Assembly (NCBI GenBank): GCA_963804955.1
Contig: CAWDSQ010000016.1
Location: 64,001 to 128,000 of the forward strand
Reading direction: 5' to 3'
Source: an uncultured delta proteobacterium
GTDB taxonomy: Bacteria; Desulfobacterota; WTBG01; CAIYCZ01; CAIRTM01
DNA length: 64,000 bases
Shown piece by piece: positions 52,245-62,055 of the stretch. How positions within the stretch are numbered: position 1 is the first letter of the stretch; every line of letters begins with the position of its first letter. The notes beneath the pieces are model-generated. The model saw only the letters and a list, made by a program, of their open reading frames with translations. It was not told the origin of the DNA and ran no database searches. The position numbers were made by a program, and so were the translations under genes.

Positions 52245-52261
52245 TGCAATAGGCGTGCCAA
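52245..52261 (-). promoter_or_regulatory. Sigma54 (-24/-12) promoter of the ORP-like operon
   Basis: TTGGCACGCCTATTGCA = TGGCAC-N5-TTGCA, immediately upstream of the first NifX-family gene. Confidence 0.85.
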
Positions 52262-52335
52262 GAGACTTTCAGTGAAAATGATGTGGATTTGTAGAAGGTT
52301 GGAAAAAGGGACTTGCAAAAGTCAGGCTTGAGACT

Positions 52336-52382
52336 ATTGCATTAGTGCATTATTGCAATGCAATGTATTGCAATAATGCAAT
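52336..52382. promoter_or_regulatory. Tandem palindromic upstream activator sites
   Basis: ATTGCA-TTAG-TGCATT (52336) and ATTGCA-ATAA-TGCAAT (52367), 31 bp apart, 75-120 bp upstream of the sigma54 promoter. Confidence 0.7.
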
Positions 52383-53728
52383 TATGGCGCCGGTATCCCG
52401 AGCCGCTTCATTTTGCGCCACAGCGTTGCCTTGTCGATGCCCAGTTCACGGGCCGTATTGCCACGGTGATTATCATGTTTCTTGAGAGTATCAAGAATCA
52501 CCTGTGCTTCGGCTTTTTTAAAGCATGGAGGCATCTTCAGAGCCGGGAGCGGCCGCCGGAGAAACGCTTTTTTCCAGTATGTCGGCAGGCAGGTGTTCAA
52601 TAGTGATGATCGTGTCGCGGCAAAGCACAAAGGCATGCTCAATGATGTTTTCAAGCTCTCTGATATTGCCCGGGAAACTCATACCGCATGAACAGGCGCA
52701 AGCACCTCTGGCGAAACGCCGGTTATACGCCTGCCGGTGCGCACATTGAACCGGTTGATAAAATGCTCGACCAATAAGAGGTATGTCTTCGCGCCGCTCA
52801 GCCAGGCGGCGGCAGGGTCAATTTTATGACATTAATGCGGTAGTACAGATCTTCGCGAAATTTTCCTTCGGCCATAAGGGCGGCAAGATCGCTATTGGTT
52901 GCGGCAATAATTCGCGCATCGGATTTAATGGGTTTAGTTGACCCCAGAGGCTCATATTCTCCCTCCTGCAGCACGCGCAGCAGCTTTACCTGCAGGGGCA
53001 GGGGCAGGTCTCCGATTTCATCCAGAAACAGGGTGCCGCCTTGAGCTCGGGCAAACCTTCCCAGCTTATCCGCCTTTGCATCGGTGAAGGCGCCCTTGCA
53101 GTAGCCGAACAGCTCAGATTCAAGCAGCGTACCGGGCAGAGCGCCGCAGTTGACCGCCACATACGGGCCTGCGGCCCGGCTGCTGCAGTTATGAATGGCA
53201 CGCGCAAACAGCTCTTTGCCCGTGCCGCTGGCGCCCCTGTATGAGGACGGTGCTTGAGCTTTGGGCGATATCGGGCAGCACGCCGAACAGCTTTACGATC
53301 TCATGGTTTTTGCTGATGATATCGCCGAAGCAATACTGGCGGCTCAGTTCCCGGCGCATATCCTCGATGGCCGACAGGTCGCGGAATGTTTCCACGCCGC
53401 CCACGATATCGCCCGCGATCGTTTTTCAGCACGGCCGTGCTCACGCTTATGGGCACGGTTTTCCCCTTTGATGTTCAAAATAGAAACCGGCAGATCGATC
53501 ATCGATTTGCCGGTTTTGAGGGTCTTCTCCATGGCGCAGCGGCCCTGGCAGATATTGGCGTGAAACACGTCAAAGCATTTCCGCCCGATGGCCTGCTCGC
53601 GTTTGACGCCCGTGATCTGCTCTGCGGCACGGTTGAACGAGGTGATATCACGGTCAAGGTTTATGGTAAAAACACCATCCGCGATACTGTTGAGAATCGT
53701 TTCAAGCTGCGGGTTTTTTCGTGCGCAT
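52382..53728 (-). CDS. PAS-domain sigma54-dependent Fis-family activator (OrpR-like); frameshifted
   Basis: PAS with [20 protein letters not shown]...[22 protein letters not shown] and [12 protein letters not shown]. Confidence 0.9.
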
Positions 53729-53734
53729 AGTCTT

Positions 53735-54101
53735 TTAATGGCAACCGTGCGACGCGCAGGCATTGTTTACGGTCAGCTCTTCAAGGTCCTGTGCGCCGAA
53801 GGTGCTGATGATATTATCAACCGTGCCGGGCACGGCTCTGAACACCTTGATGCCTGTAGGCATTGAGCATCATGACGGCCCGAGCGCCCATGCCGCCGGT
53901 GACAACGACATCGACGGCTCTGCCCTGCAGGGCGGCAATGGGATTGCAAGCTGCCATGCTCATGGTGGCTGTTGGCGTTATCGACGATTTCGAGGGCCTG
54001 CGCGTCGGTATCGTAAATCGTAAAATACGGCGCGCTGCCGAAATGGCCGTACACCTGGCGGTTTTTCCTTCGCCTGTTTCCGTGGGAATACAAATTTTCA
54101 T
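53735..54101 (-). CDS. NifB/NifX family protein; frameshifted
   Basis: MKICIPT / YGHFGSAPYF...HHEHG / CNP...TGGMGARA. Confidence 0.85.
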
Positions 54102-54425
54102 GCTCTGTTCCTTTCCTGGGTTTGATTATTGTTTCTTGTTTTCGGGGAAGCCCCCATGATTTTCAATGCTTTGCCATGCACCAGCGCATCGGCTACTTTA
54201 CGGCGCGCTTCATGCACGATATTGGCAAATGTCTGGCGCGAAATGCCCATGCGCCCGGCTGCATCTTCCTGATACAGACCCTTCAAGGTCAGCCAGCCGC
54301 AGGGCTTCAAATTCATCCAGGCTGAGCGCTGTTTCCTCAAGCTCGCACAGGGGCACGGCCCGCGGTTTGAAATACCTGATTGCGGGTGTGCTTTCAATAT
54401 GTCTGCATTTACAGGGTCGGGACAT
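54098..54425 (-). CDS. DUF134 putative DNA-binding protein; frameshifted
   Basis: MSRPCKCR...FKP...[13 protein letters not shown] / [13 protein letters not shown]...[13 protein letters not shown]. Confidence 0.88.
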
Positions 54426-54515
54426 GACTCTTCATTCGATTTATTAGCATATGCTAATAATATAAACCGTTACGCTCTGTTTGTCAAGAGCAATGCGGGA
54501 AGTTCCCTTGGCGGG

Positions 54516-55117
54516 CTATTTTTTCATAACGGCCCACAGGCCGCCTTCCTGGGTCAGGTCTGCAGAGAGCGCAGTGCGCGCAATAAGGGACTGAAACTTC
54601 TGCGGGGACACTACGCGTTTGCCGAGCGCGTAATTGAGCCTTCGTGACTCTTCAGCTATTCGTTCGATCACCGAGGCCGGCGTGTGGCTGCCGAACCCTC
54701 CGCCGGCAAAGCAGACGCCGCCGGCGCCAGAACCCGGTTCATTTCCGCAAGCAGCTTTCCCTGTTCATCGAGGAAAAAGAAAACACCGCGGCAGACTATC
54801 AGATCAAGGAGGTCATCGGGCAGGGCGAGCGGAACAAGAGGGGTCGGAAATATTTCAATCGGGGTAGATCGGCGCGTTCGATCCGCCAGTCATCAAAAAA
54901 GGTGCGCGCAAGCTCGGGTATGTCAAGGGCGATCGTTAAGGTGCTGTGTCGGAAATATTTTTAACAGTTCAAGGCCGGTGCCGCCGGAAAAACAGCCGAC
55001 CTCGAGTATCCTGCGGCAGGGCTGTTGCGGGGCGCATGCTCTGCCACCTGCCGCGCAAGGCCGGGATAGACGCGGACCCCAGAGGCGGTTGATGGCGCGG
55101 ATGACGTCTGTATCCAT
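54516..55117 (-). CDS. SAM-dependent methyltransferase-like protein; frameshifted
   Basis: INRLW...ILEVGCFSGG; downstream fragment with GGG. Confidence 0.5.
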
Positions 55118-55135
55118 ACGGCTTCTCCTCCGCTC

Positions 55136-55681
55136 TCAGTCGATCCTGATCGCTTCACCGCAATTGAGCGTCTTTTTCGGGCTGCCGTTTTCATCAAACT
55201 GCTCGTAGGAGAGCATGCGGCCCTCTTTAAAATCGGCTTTAATTTCAATCTTGCCGTTCAGGTGATAGGTAATGCCGACACCTTCGCGCACATTATTCAC
55301 GAAATTTACCTCTTCCCGGATGCCGCCCTCTTCATAATAGACTTTATACGGGCCTTCAAGCCTGCCCTGTTTGTACACCGCCTCGGTCTGTTTGATGCCC
55401 TCTTCATAATAGGCTGTAAAGCTGGCCTTCGCGGATATTGGCTACATAGAAAAATTCCGCTTTCAGGTTGCCGTTTTCATGAAAGTGGCGCGTGGGGCCG
55501 TCAGCAGTTTGTCGTCTTTGTACGTCATTTCGGCGGAGATAGTTCCGTTTGGGTAAAATGTTTTTGTTACGCCGTTCTGCTTGCCGTCATAGGTGTAGCT
55601 GAGCTCGGCCCGCAGGGTTCCGTCGGGGTAATTTTCGCGGCGTATTGCATACTTCGTTCTTCCATCAGCGTTTCCTTTCAC
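55136..55681 (-). CDS. MORN-variant repeat (YwqK-like) protein; frameshifted
   Basis: Repeats GVTKTFYPNG, GPYKVYYEEG and GVGITYHLNG. Confidence 0.75.
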
Positions 55682-56254
55682 GAGTATGAGTCTTCATATT
55701 CTTCCGGTGTGTCAATATCAATGCCGGCATCCGCGTCTGGCATGTCGATGCAGCGCACCATCTCCGGCGCCTGCTCGATGACGGCCCGTCCGCCTGTGTC
55801 GCCTTCCAGGGCAAGCAGGTGCTCCCGGAAACGGGCGGGGAAAACAACCGGGCTGCCGCGCCTGCCGCCATAGACCGGGATGATAATATGTCTCTTATGG
55901 GTCCTGCCAGGCATCGATAAGCAAATTAATTGCCGCGGCATCGAGTCCGGGGTTGATCGCCGGTTAAAAACATATAGGCCTGCGGTCTGCGGCAGGCTGC
56001 TGCACGCACGCCGCTTTTACCGACGCGCTCTGACCAAGGGCTGCATCGGGATTATAGACCGCCGGATGCGGTAGCGCTCCGGCAAGCTAGCGCACGGCAG
56101 GATTTTGATAGCAAGAATAATATCATCAAGCCGCGAGGCGTCGGCCGCCTGCATGACGCGCTCGACAAGGGCGATGCCGTCCACGGGCAGCAGCAGCTTG
56201 TCTGCTGCCCATGCGGCGGGAAAGGCCTGAAGCCAGTATAATACCGGTGATCAT
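55678..56254 (-). CDS. mocA: Molybdenum cofactor cytidylyltransferase (MocA/YgfJ family); frameshifted
   Basis: MITGIILASG.SRRMG..DKLLLP, GSPVVFP, GDTGGR and DIDTPEEY. Confidence 0.8.
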
Positions 56255-56468
56255 TGGTGCAAGATTTCTCCCTGCGATCGCAATGACAACGTTTTACGTG
56301 CGCCCAATATGATCGAGACTTACTACGTGAAGAAACATCCTTCTTGCATTGAGGGGAGAAGCCAGGATGAGGGGTTTGAAAACTTAGCAAAACATGCCCC
56401 CTCACCTCAATGCCTCTGCCCCTGCAGGGGGCGAGGAAGTGATTTACTTAATTCAAAAGCTGCCAGCT

Positions 56469-57229
56469 TTAAACCTGCCCCGACAAAACGCATATAGCTG
56501 CCCTGCTGCAACGAAGCGCGATGCAACCGACGGTTGTCTGTTGCGGGCAAGCTCCCGGGCGATCAGCTCGGCCTGCAGTCTGCAGTTCTGCGGTATCAGC
56601 TTTGTTGAGCAGAACAATTTTCCGGCTTGCTGCAGGGGCGCTTTTAAAAAGACCGTTTTCAGCCATAATAAGCCGAATAATGCTTTCCCGGTCAATCATC
56701 TCGCCGGGCTTTCTGCCGGTGCAGGCGCAGAAAAGTCCGCAGCGGTGAATGTTTTCTTCTGAAACGGCTTTCCCGAGACAGTCAAGACCGATAACGCCAA
56801 TGACCGCGGTCGTTGATTTCGGAATGACCGGCTCATAGTCGGCCGGAGCTTTGATAGGCTTGCGCTTTGCGCCGTCGGCTTCGACCAGGATGCAATCAAA
56901 CCAGCCGCTGGCGTACAGCTCGTCGATAAAGGCCGGCTCAACGCTCTTGCACCTTGCAGATTTCGCCGTGCACCAGGCCGCCTCCCAGGCACACAATCGT
57001 ACCGGGCGTGACATGCGGCAAACACCGCCGGATCCGTGCAGCCTTCAAGCATAGCAATATCGCACTGCCCCGGCTCGGGCACGCCGATATTGGTCGTGGT
57101 GGTGACCAGCACCTTTTTCCCGAGCGCTTTGAGTTCATGGGCGAGCAGGAACATGGCCGTGGTCTTGCCTCCGCCGCCGACAAAGGCAATGACTGCGGGC
57201 TTATGCAGGCGATAGATCCAGAGCCTCAT
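56469..57229 (-). CDS. yqeC: Selenium cofactor biosynthesis protein YqeC; frameshifted
   Basis: FVGGGGKTT, VTTTT, LVEADGAKRKPIKAP..EPVIP and LLNKAD. Confidence 0.88.
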
Positions 57230-57235
57230 GCAGCA

Positions 57236-58047
57236 TCACGCAAACCTCAGGTGCGCGGGTTGCAGCCATGCTGCGCCTGCTGTGGCCTCAGCGCCGGCGG
57301 AACTGCGCACCTGAATGATTTCGGCAAGAATCGAAATGGCGATTTCCGCCGGCGTATTTGCGCCGATCTTTATGCCCACGGGCGAATGAATCTGCGCAAT
57401 GATCTCCTCTGCTACGCCATTGTCCCGCAGCTGCTGAAGCACCTTGGCGACTTTTGCCTTGCTGCCGATCATGCCCAGATAGCGGTTTTTTTATCAGGCA
57501 CTTTTCAAGCACTTCGAAGTCATGGACATGCTTATGGGTAAGAATGACGACGTAGGTCCTTTCATTGAAAGCAACCTTGTCAATGGCCGTTGCATACTCC
57601 TCGGCAATGACCGTATCAGCCCAGGGCAGGCGATCGGCATTGGCAAACTCAGGCCGGCTGTCAACAACCGTCACATTGAACTCAAGCATTTTGCCTATCT
57701 GGGCAAGGCAGGCGCCGATATGGCCGGCGCCGAAGATGACCAGCTGCGGGGCCGGCACCAGGGGCTCGATAAAAACGCTCATGCCGCCGCCGCAGGTCAT
57801 GCCGATGTCCTTCAGGTCATGGGTAGATCAGGCGCGCTGTGCCGCCGCCATGAGCTTCATCGCTTCATCGATTATTATCTTCTCAATAGCTCCGCCGCCG
57901 ACAGTGCCGGCTATCGTAGCCGTCAGCCCGCACGAGCATGCGGGCACCTTCCTCGCGGGGGGCAGAGCCTCGCGATTCAATGACGGTGGCAAGCACCACG
58001 GGCTGATTGCTTTTTCTGGCCGCAACGATTTCTTCAAAAATATCCAT
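57236..58047 (-). CDS. xdhC: XdhC/CoxF family molybdoenzyme maturation factor; frameshifted
   Basis: GSAPREEGARM, GTVGGG, MTCGG, FGAGHI, MIGSK and TPAEIAISILAE. Confidence 0.9.
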
Positions 58048-58260
58048 GATGATTCTCCTGTAAATCTGTTTGTTGCAGGGCATAACCTGTTTTGCCCCAT
58101 GCAAGCACTTAACTTTAGCACAGTAGAAGCCAGAATCTCAGGAGCCATGCAATCCAGGAATAAAAATTTTGACTTTCTATGTCACGATACTCACTTGTTA
58201 GCGATGCACAATTGTGTGTTCATCTTCATGGCGGCATGAAGCCTGTTCTGGAATCTGCCC

Positions 58261-58709
58261 CTACTTCTTCTCATAATCCTCAATCGCCATCTGCAGGGCC
58301 CTGATGCCCGCCAAGGGGGCAGCCGGTCTGCAGCTCAATGCCGCCCTCAAAAGCTTTTTCTATATCAGCATTGCTGAGCAGCTTTGCCTCGGCAACGGTT
58401 TTCCCGAGGGCAAGCTCCGTGAGCATGCTGTTCACCGCAATGGTTGATGGCGCAGCCGTTTGATTTAAAGCGGATATCAAAAACGCGGCCGTCTTCAATC
58501 ATAATCCACAGCTCGATTTTATCGCCGCAGGCAGGATCATCAAGCAGGGCATACCCATCGGCAAGCCCGTCGCTCATCTCGCCGAAATTGCGGGGCTGCA
58601 CAGCATGCTCGCGCACCAGCGCCGGGCAGTCTTCACCCGGATCGTCTAATTTCGGAGCGCCTTCTGCGCCTCCCCAGGCGCATGAATCTTCATAAAACGG
58701 ATCATCCAT
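58261..58709 (-). CDS. IscU-like protein with acidic N-terminal extension; frameshifted
   Basis: PRNFG, PACGD, KSNGC, GKTVAEA and terminal LQTGCP. Confidence 0.8.
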
Positions 58710-59955
58710 TTGAAAATTCCTTTCAAATATTTTTTACGCAGCTCTATAAACTGCTCAAGTGTTTTCAGATTATGGCAGGGCAGAAAATGATCTACATACG
58801 GCATGGCTGTTGACATGCCCAGGCACAAAGGCTCATACCGGTCATATTTCAGGTTCGGATTAAGCCAGATAATTTTGCGGAATCCGCGCTTGAAAAGAAC
58901 CATCTGTTTTTTTAGCAGATCCGCATCGCCCTTGTCCCAGCCATCGCTCAAAACGACCAGTATGCGGTTGCGCTTGCGGAGCTTGCCGCCGTACAGTTTA
59001 TTGAATTCTGCAAAGCAGCCGCCGATATCCGTGCCGCCCGACCAGAACTGCACTTTTTTCGACAGAATCGTCATGGCCGATTCAAGCGTACGGTTGCTGA
59101 GTATATCGCTGATGCACATGAGCTGTGTGCCGAAGACAAATGTTTCAGTATCGCGCAAATATTTCTGCAGGCTGTAGATGAATTTTATGAGAAAGCGGCT
59201 GTAGATATCCATGGAGCCGCTCACGTCGGCAAGCAGCACGAGCTTTGACTCCCGGGGCTTGCGCTGTTTGGTCAGTATCTGCATAATTTCGCCGCCCCGC
59301 TGCGTCGACTGGCGGATCGAGCGGCGCAGATCGATCATTTTGCCCTTATTGCTGGGTTTGAACCGGCGGCCGAGCTTTTCTTTCACCTTAATCCTGAAGT
59401 TGCGAAAAATTTCATCAAACAGGGCAATCTCATAGGGCGCGATCAGCTCAAAATCCTTCTCCCGCAGGGACTGGCCGAGCGAATAGGTCGGAACATTAAC
59501 CTCATCATACTGGTTGCAGAGCTTTTTAGAATCTTTTTTCGGATTTCCCTCTTCATCCTCGGGAGATTTGCTCTGTCTTATTGACGGATGAGTCCTTATC
59601 ATCGGGCTCTTCATTGCTGCCGCCCTGGCTCTTGGGAATAGTGACCCCGGTGCGCCAGAACTGCAGAAACAGGATATCAAAAGCCGCCCGGTATTTCTGG
59701 CTCATGATCATATTGGTCCGCAGAGCCAGATAGAACTCAAAGCGGCTGTTGATATCGATATGGGCAAGGGCTGCAGATGGCATCCCGCTCATTTGAGGTA
59801 TGCACGGGGATTTTATTTACGCGCAGCAGCTTGGCAAACCGGATAATGCGCTGGATAAGGGACGCCGTGCGCTGCTCAAGGGTTACGCTGTCCTGCTTCT
59901 TTTTCTGCTCTTCGAGCTTTTTCTGCGCTTCAACCGGGACAAGAAGAACTTTCAT
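58646..59955 (-). CDS. CoxE-like vWA-domain protein; frameshifted, 3' end uncertain
   Basis: FAKLLR, IDLRRSIR, DVSGSMD.YS, WSGGTDIG, LSDGWD and IIWLNP. Confidence 0.88.
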
Positions 59956-60836
59956 TCGATCTTAGCCTCTGCATGCACCAGCACCGTGGTTGACAAGTCC
60001 TTGAATTTTTTCACATCTTCCTTGAATTTGAACAGGCAGCCCGCGGTCATATCCATGGTGGTCTCATCTATCTCGTCTTTATCAAGAATGGTGAGCGCCT
60101 GCGACCAGTCAAGCGTTTCAGCAACGCCGGGCCGCTTGTAAAATTCCTGATCCCTGAGCGATGCCATGATGCGGGAGATTTTTTTGGCAAGGGTTGCTTC
60201 GATATTGGGCACCTTTGCGAGTATTATTTCCATCTCGCGCTCGGGCGTCGGGTAGTCGATAAAATGGTACAGGCAGCGCCGCTTGAGCGCGTCGTGCAGC
60301 TCCCGGACGCGGTTTGAGGTAATGATAACCAGCGGCTTGTGCTTGGCCTTCACCGTGCCCATTTCAGGAATGGTGACCTGGAAATCAGAGAGTATCTCAA
60401 GCAGAAAAGCCTCGAATTCCTCATCTGCCCGGTCGACCTCGTCAATGAGCAGAACTGCCTTATCCTGACCCCGCACGGCCTGGAGAAGGGGCCTGGGGAT
60501 GAGAAACTCCTCGGTAAAAACATTTTCAACATGCCCGGCAGCGCCTGCGCTGTCAAGGGCTTTAATTTTTAAAAGCTGCTTGGCATAGTTCCACTCATAA
60601 ATCGCTGAAGTTGCATCAAGGCCTTCATAGCACTGCAGGCGAATAAGCTTTCTGCCCAGAACATTTGCCAGCACTTTGGCAACCTCTGTTTTCCCCACGC
60701 CCGGCTCGCCTTCCAGCAGCAGCGGCTTTTCCATTTGCATCGACAGATACAGCGTAAATGCAAGGGGATCATCGCAGATATAATTCTCCTTTTTCATGGA
60801 TTCCTTGATTTTGTCAACCGAGTCGAGCTTTTTCAT
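59952..60836 (-). CDS. CoxD-like MoxR AAA+ ATPase
   Basis: LLEGEPGVGKT, RLQCYEGLD, LLIDEVD, RELHDALKRRC and PGVAETLDW. Confidence 0.92.
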   Translation of the reverse strand: MKKLDSVDKIKESMKKENYICDDPLAFTLYLSMQMEKPLLLEGEPGVGKTEVAKVLANVLGRKLIRLQCYEGLDATSAIYEWNYAKQLLKIKALDSAGAAGHVENVFTEEFLIPRPLLQAVRGQDKAVLLIDEVDRADEEFEAFLLEILSDFQVTIPEMGTVKAKHKPLVIITSNRVRELHDALKRRCLYHFIDYPTPEREMEIILAKVPNIEATLAKKISRIMASLRDQEFYKRPGVAETLDWSQALTILDKDEIDETTMDMTAGCLFKFKEDVKKFKDLSTTVLVHAEAKIE

Positions 60837-60955
60837 GGCAGCCTCATAATTATCTTGAAGTATATAACCTTTATCAGTAAAAGAAAAGGAACCTGGCAAT
60901 AGGGAAAGGAGGGTAACAGATCAGGAAACACTTCCAGAACCTACTGCCAGGCTTT

Positions 60956-61776
60956 TTATTTAAGCTGTTTGATTGTTCCAGTATAAAATCGCTTCGAGCA
61001 CCGAACCGCCTAGAGCGCGGGCCTTGTCGGAAATCGTGTAGCAGTGCTCGCGGACCGGTCGCGGATCGACATCGCCGATCTTGAGCCCCTTGCGGCACCT
61101 CGCGGCCGTTCATGATAAGGCCCCGCACCACGCCGTCAAACTGGGCACGCACGGGCTTGTCCTCAACATAGCAAATTATGTCGTCCTTTTTTACCGGGCG
61201 CCGATATCAAGCACATGCCTGACCGCTGCCTGCGCAGGGCGAGCGCAGCACCCGCTCGGCAGCATAGCCCATCACCGGATCGGGCGTGCCCGTGTCGGGC
61301 TCTGCCGCAGCCCTTGAAAAACAGCCGGCCCAGATCATGGCCGCGGCATTGTCTCAATGACCACATGCACCTGTTTGCCCGCTTCAAAGCCCGGACCCAG
61401 GGCAATTGTAAGCGGCGCCATGTCCATGCGCATGCCCGTATCGCGCTTGGCAAGGGTGGCATCAACGACGACATCTGCCTTATAGTCTTTCAGAACAGCA
61501 GCCGCAGGATCGACCAGCACCGGGATTTGACCCGCTGCCAGGCTCTCTTGAATTTCATGATATTGAGTGCGCATTTCGTGCGCGGTACATCTCTTCAACC
61601 AGCAGTTTCCCCGTCGATAACCGCCTGGGCAAAAGACACGGTCCGCCGCACGACCAGCGGCTGGCAACTTCAAGCAGCAGCACCTTAAACCCGCTGCGGA
61701 ACAGACGGTGCGCAACACCGGTGGCCAGATCGCCACCGCCGCGAATAATGACGCACATGTCTTTAATCTCTTTCAT
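60956..61776 (-). CDS. yqeB: Selenium-dependent molybdenum cofactor biosynthesis protein YqeB; frameshifted
   Basis: IIRGGGDLATG, DATLAKR, IALGPGF, RGHDLGR, GVVRGL and KIGDVD. Confidence 0.85.
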
Positions 61777-62010
61777 AAAAAGCCTTTATGATGAGGCTTT
61801 TAGAGCACCTTTGCCGAAGTGCATTCCAAGACCTCCGGCAAAAGCGCTTAAAGGGTATTTGAGGAAACGAACCGAACGAAGTCGTTCGGGTTCGATGAAC
61901 AGCCTGAGCGGTCAAACTGTTCGGTCATGGCAGGACGCTTCTATCTGCCATCACCGGAAAGCTGGACAGTGTCTGAACCAACAAGGCGGATTAACATCCC
62001 GAAACTTAAT

Positions 62011-62044
62011 AAAAGCAGGCGCCCCTTTCGGGGCGCCTGCTTTT
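62011..62044. terminator. Intrinsic terminator after the molybdoenzyme gene
   Basis: AAAAGCAGGCGCCCC-TTTC-GGGGCGCCTGCTTTT. Confidence 0.85.
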
Positions 62045-62055
62045 GTACAGCACTT

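Noticed and set aside
45324..54101. Nitrogen fixation cluster
   Set aside because: NifX-family and NifS/U-like genes occur without nifHDK; the context matches an ORP cluster
55136..55681. Toxin-antitoxin system (YwqK-like)
   Set aside because: Only MORN-like repeats are present, with no adjacent toxin gene
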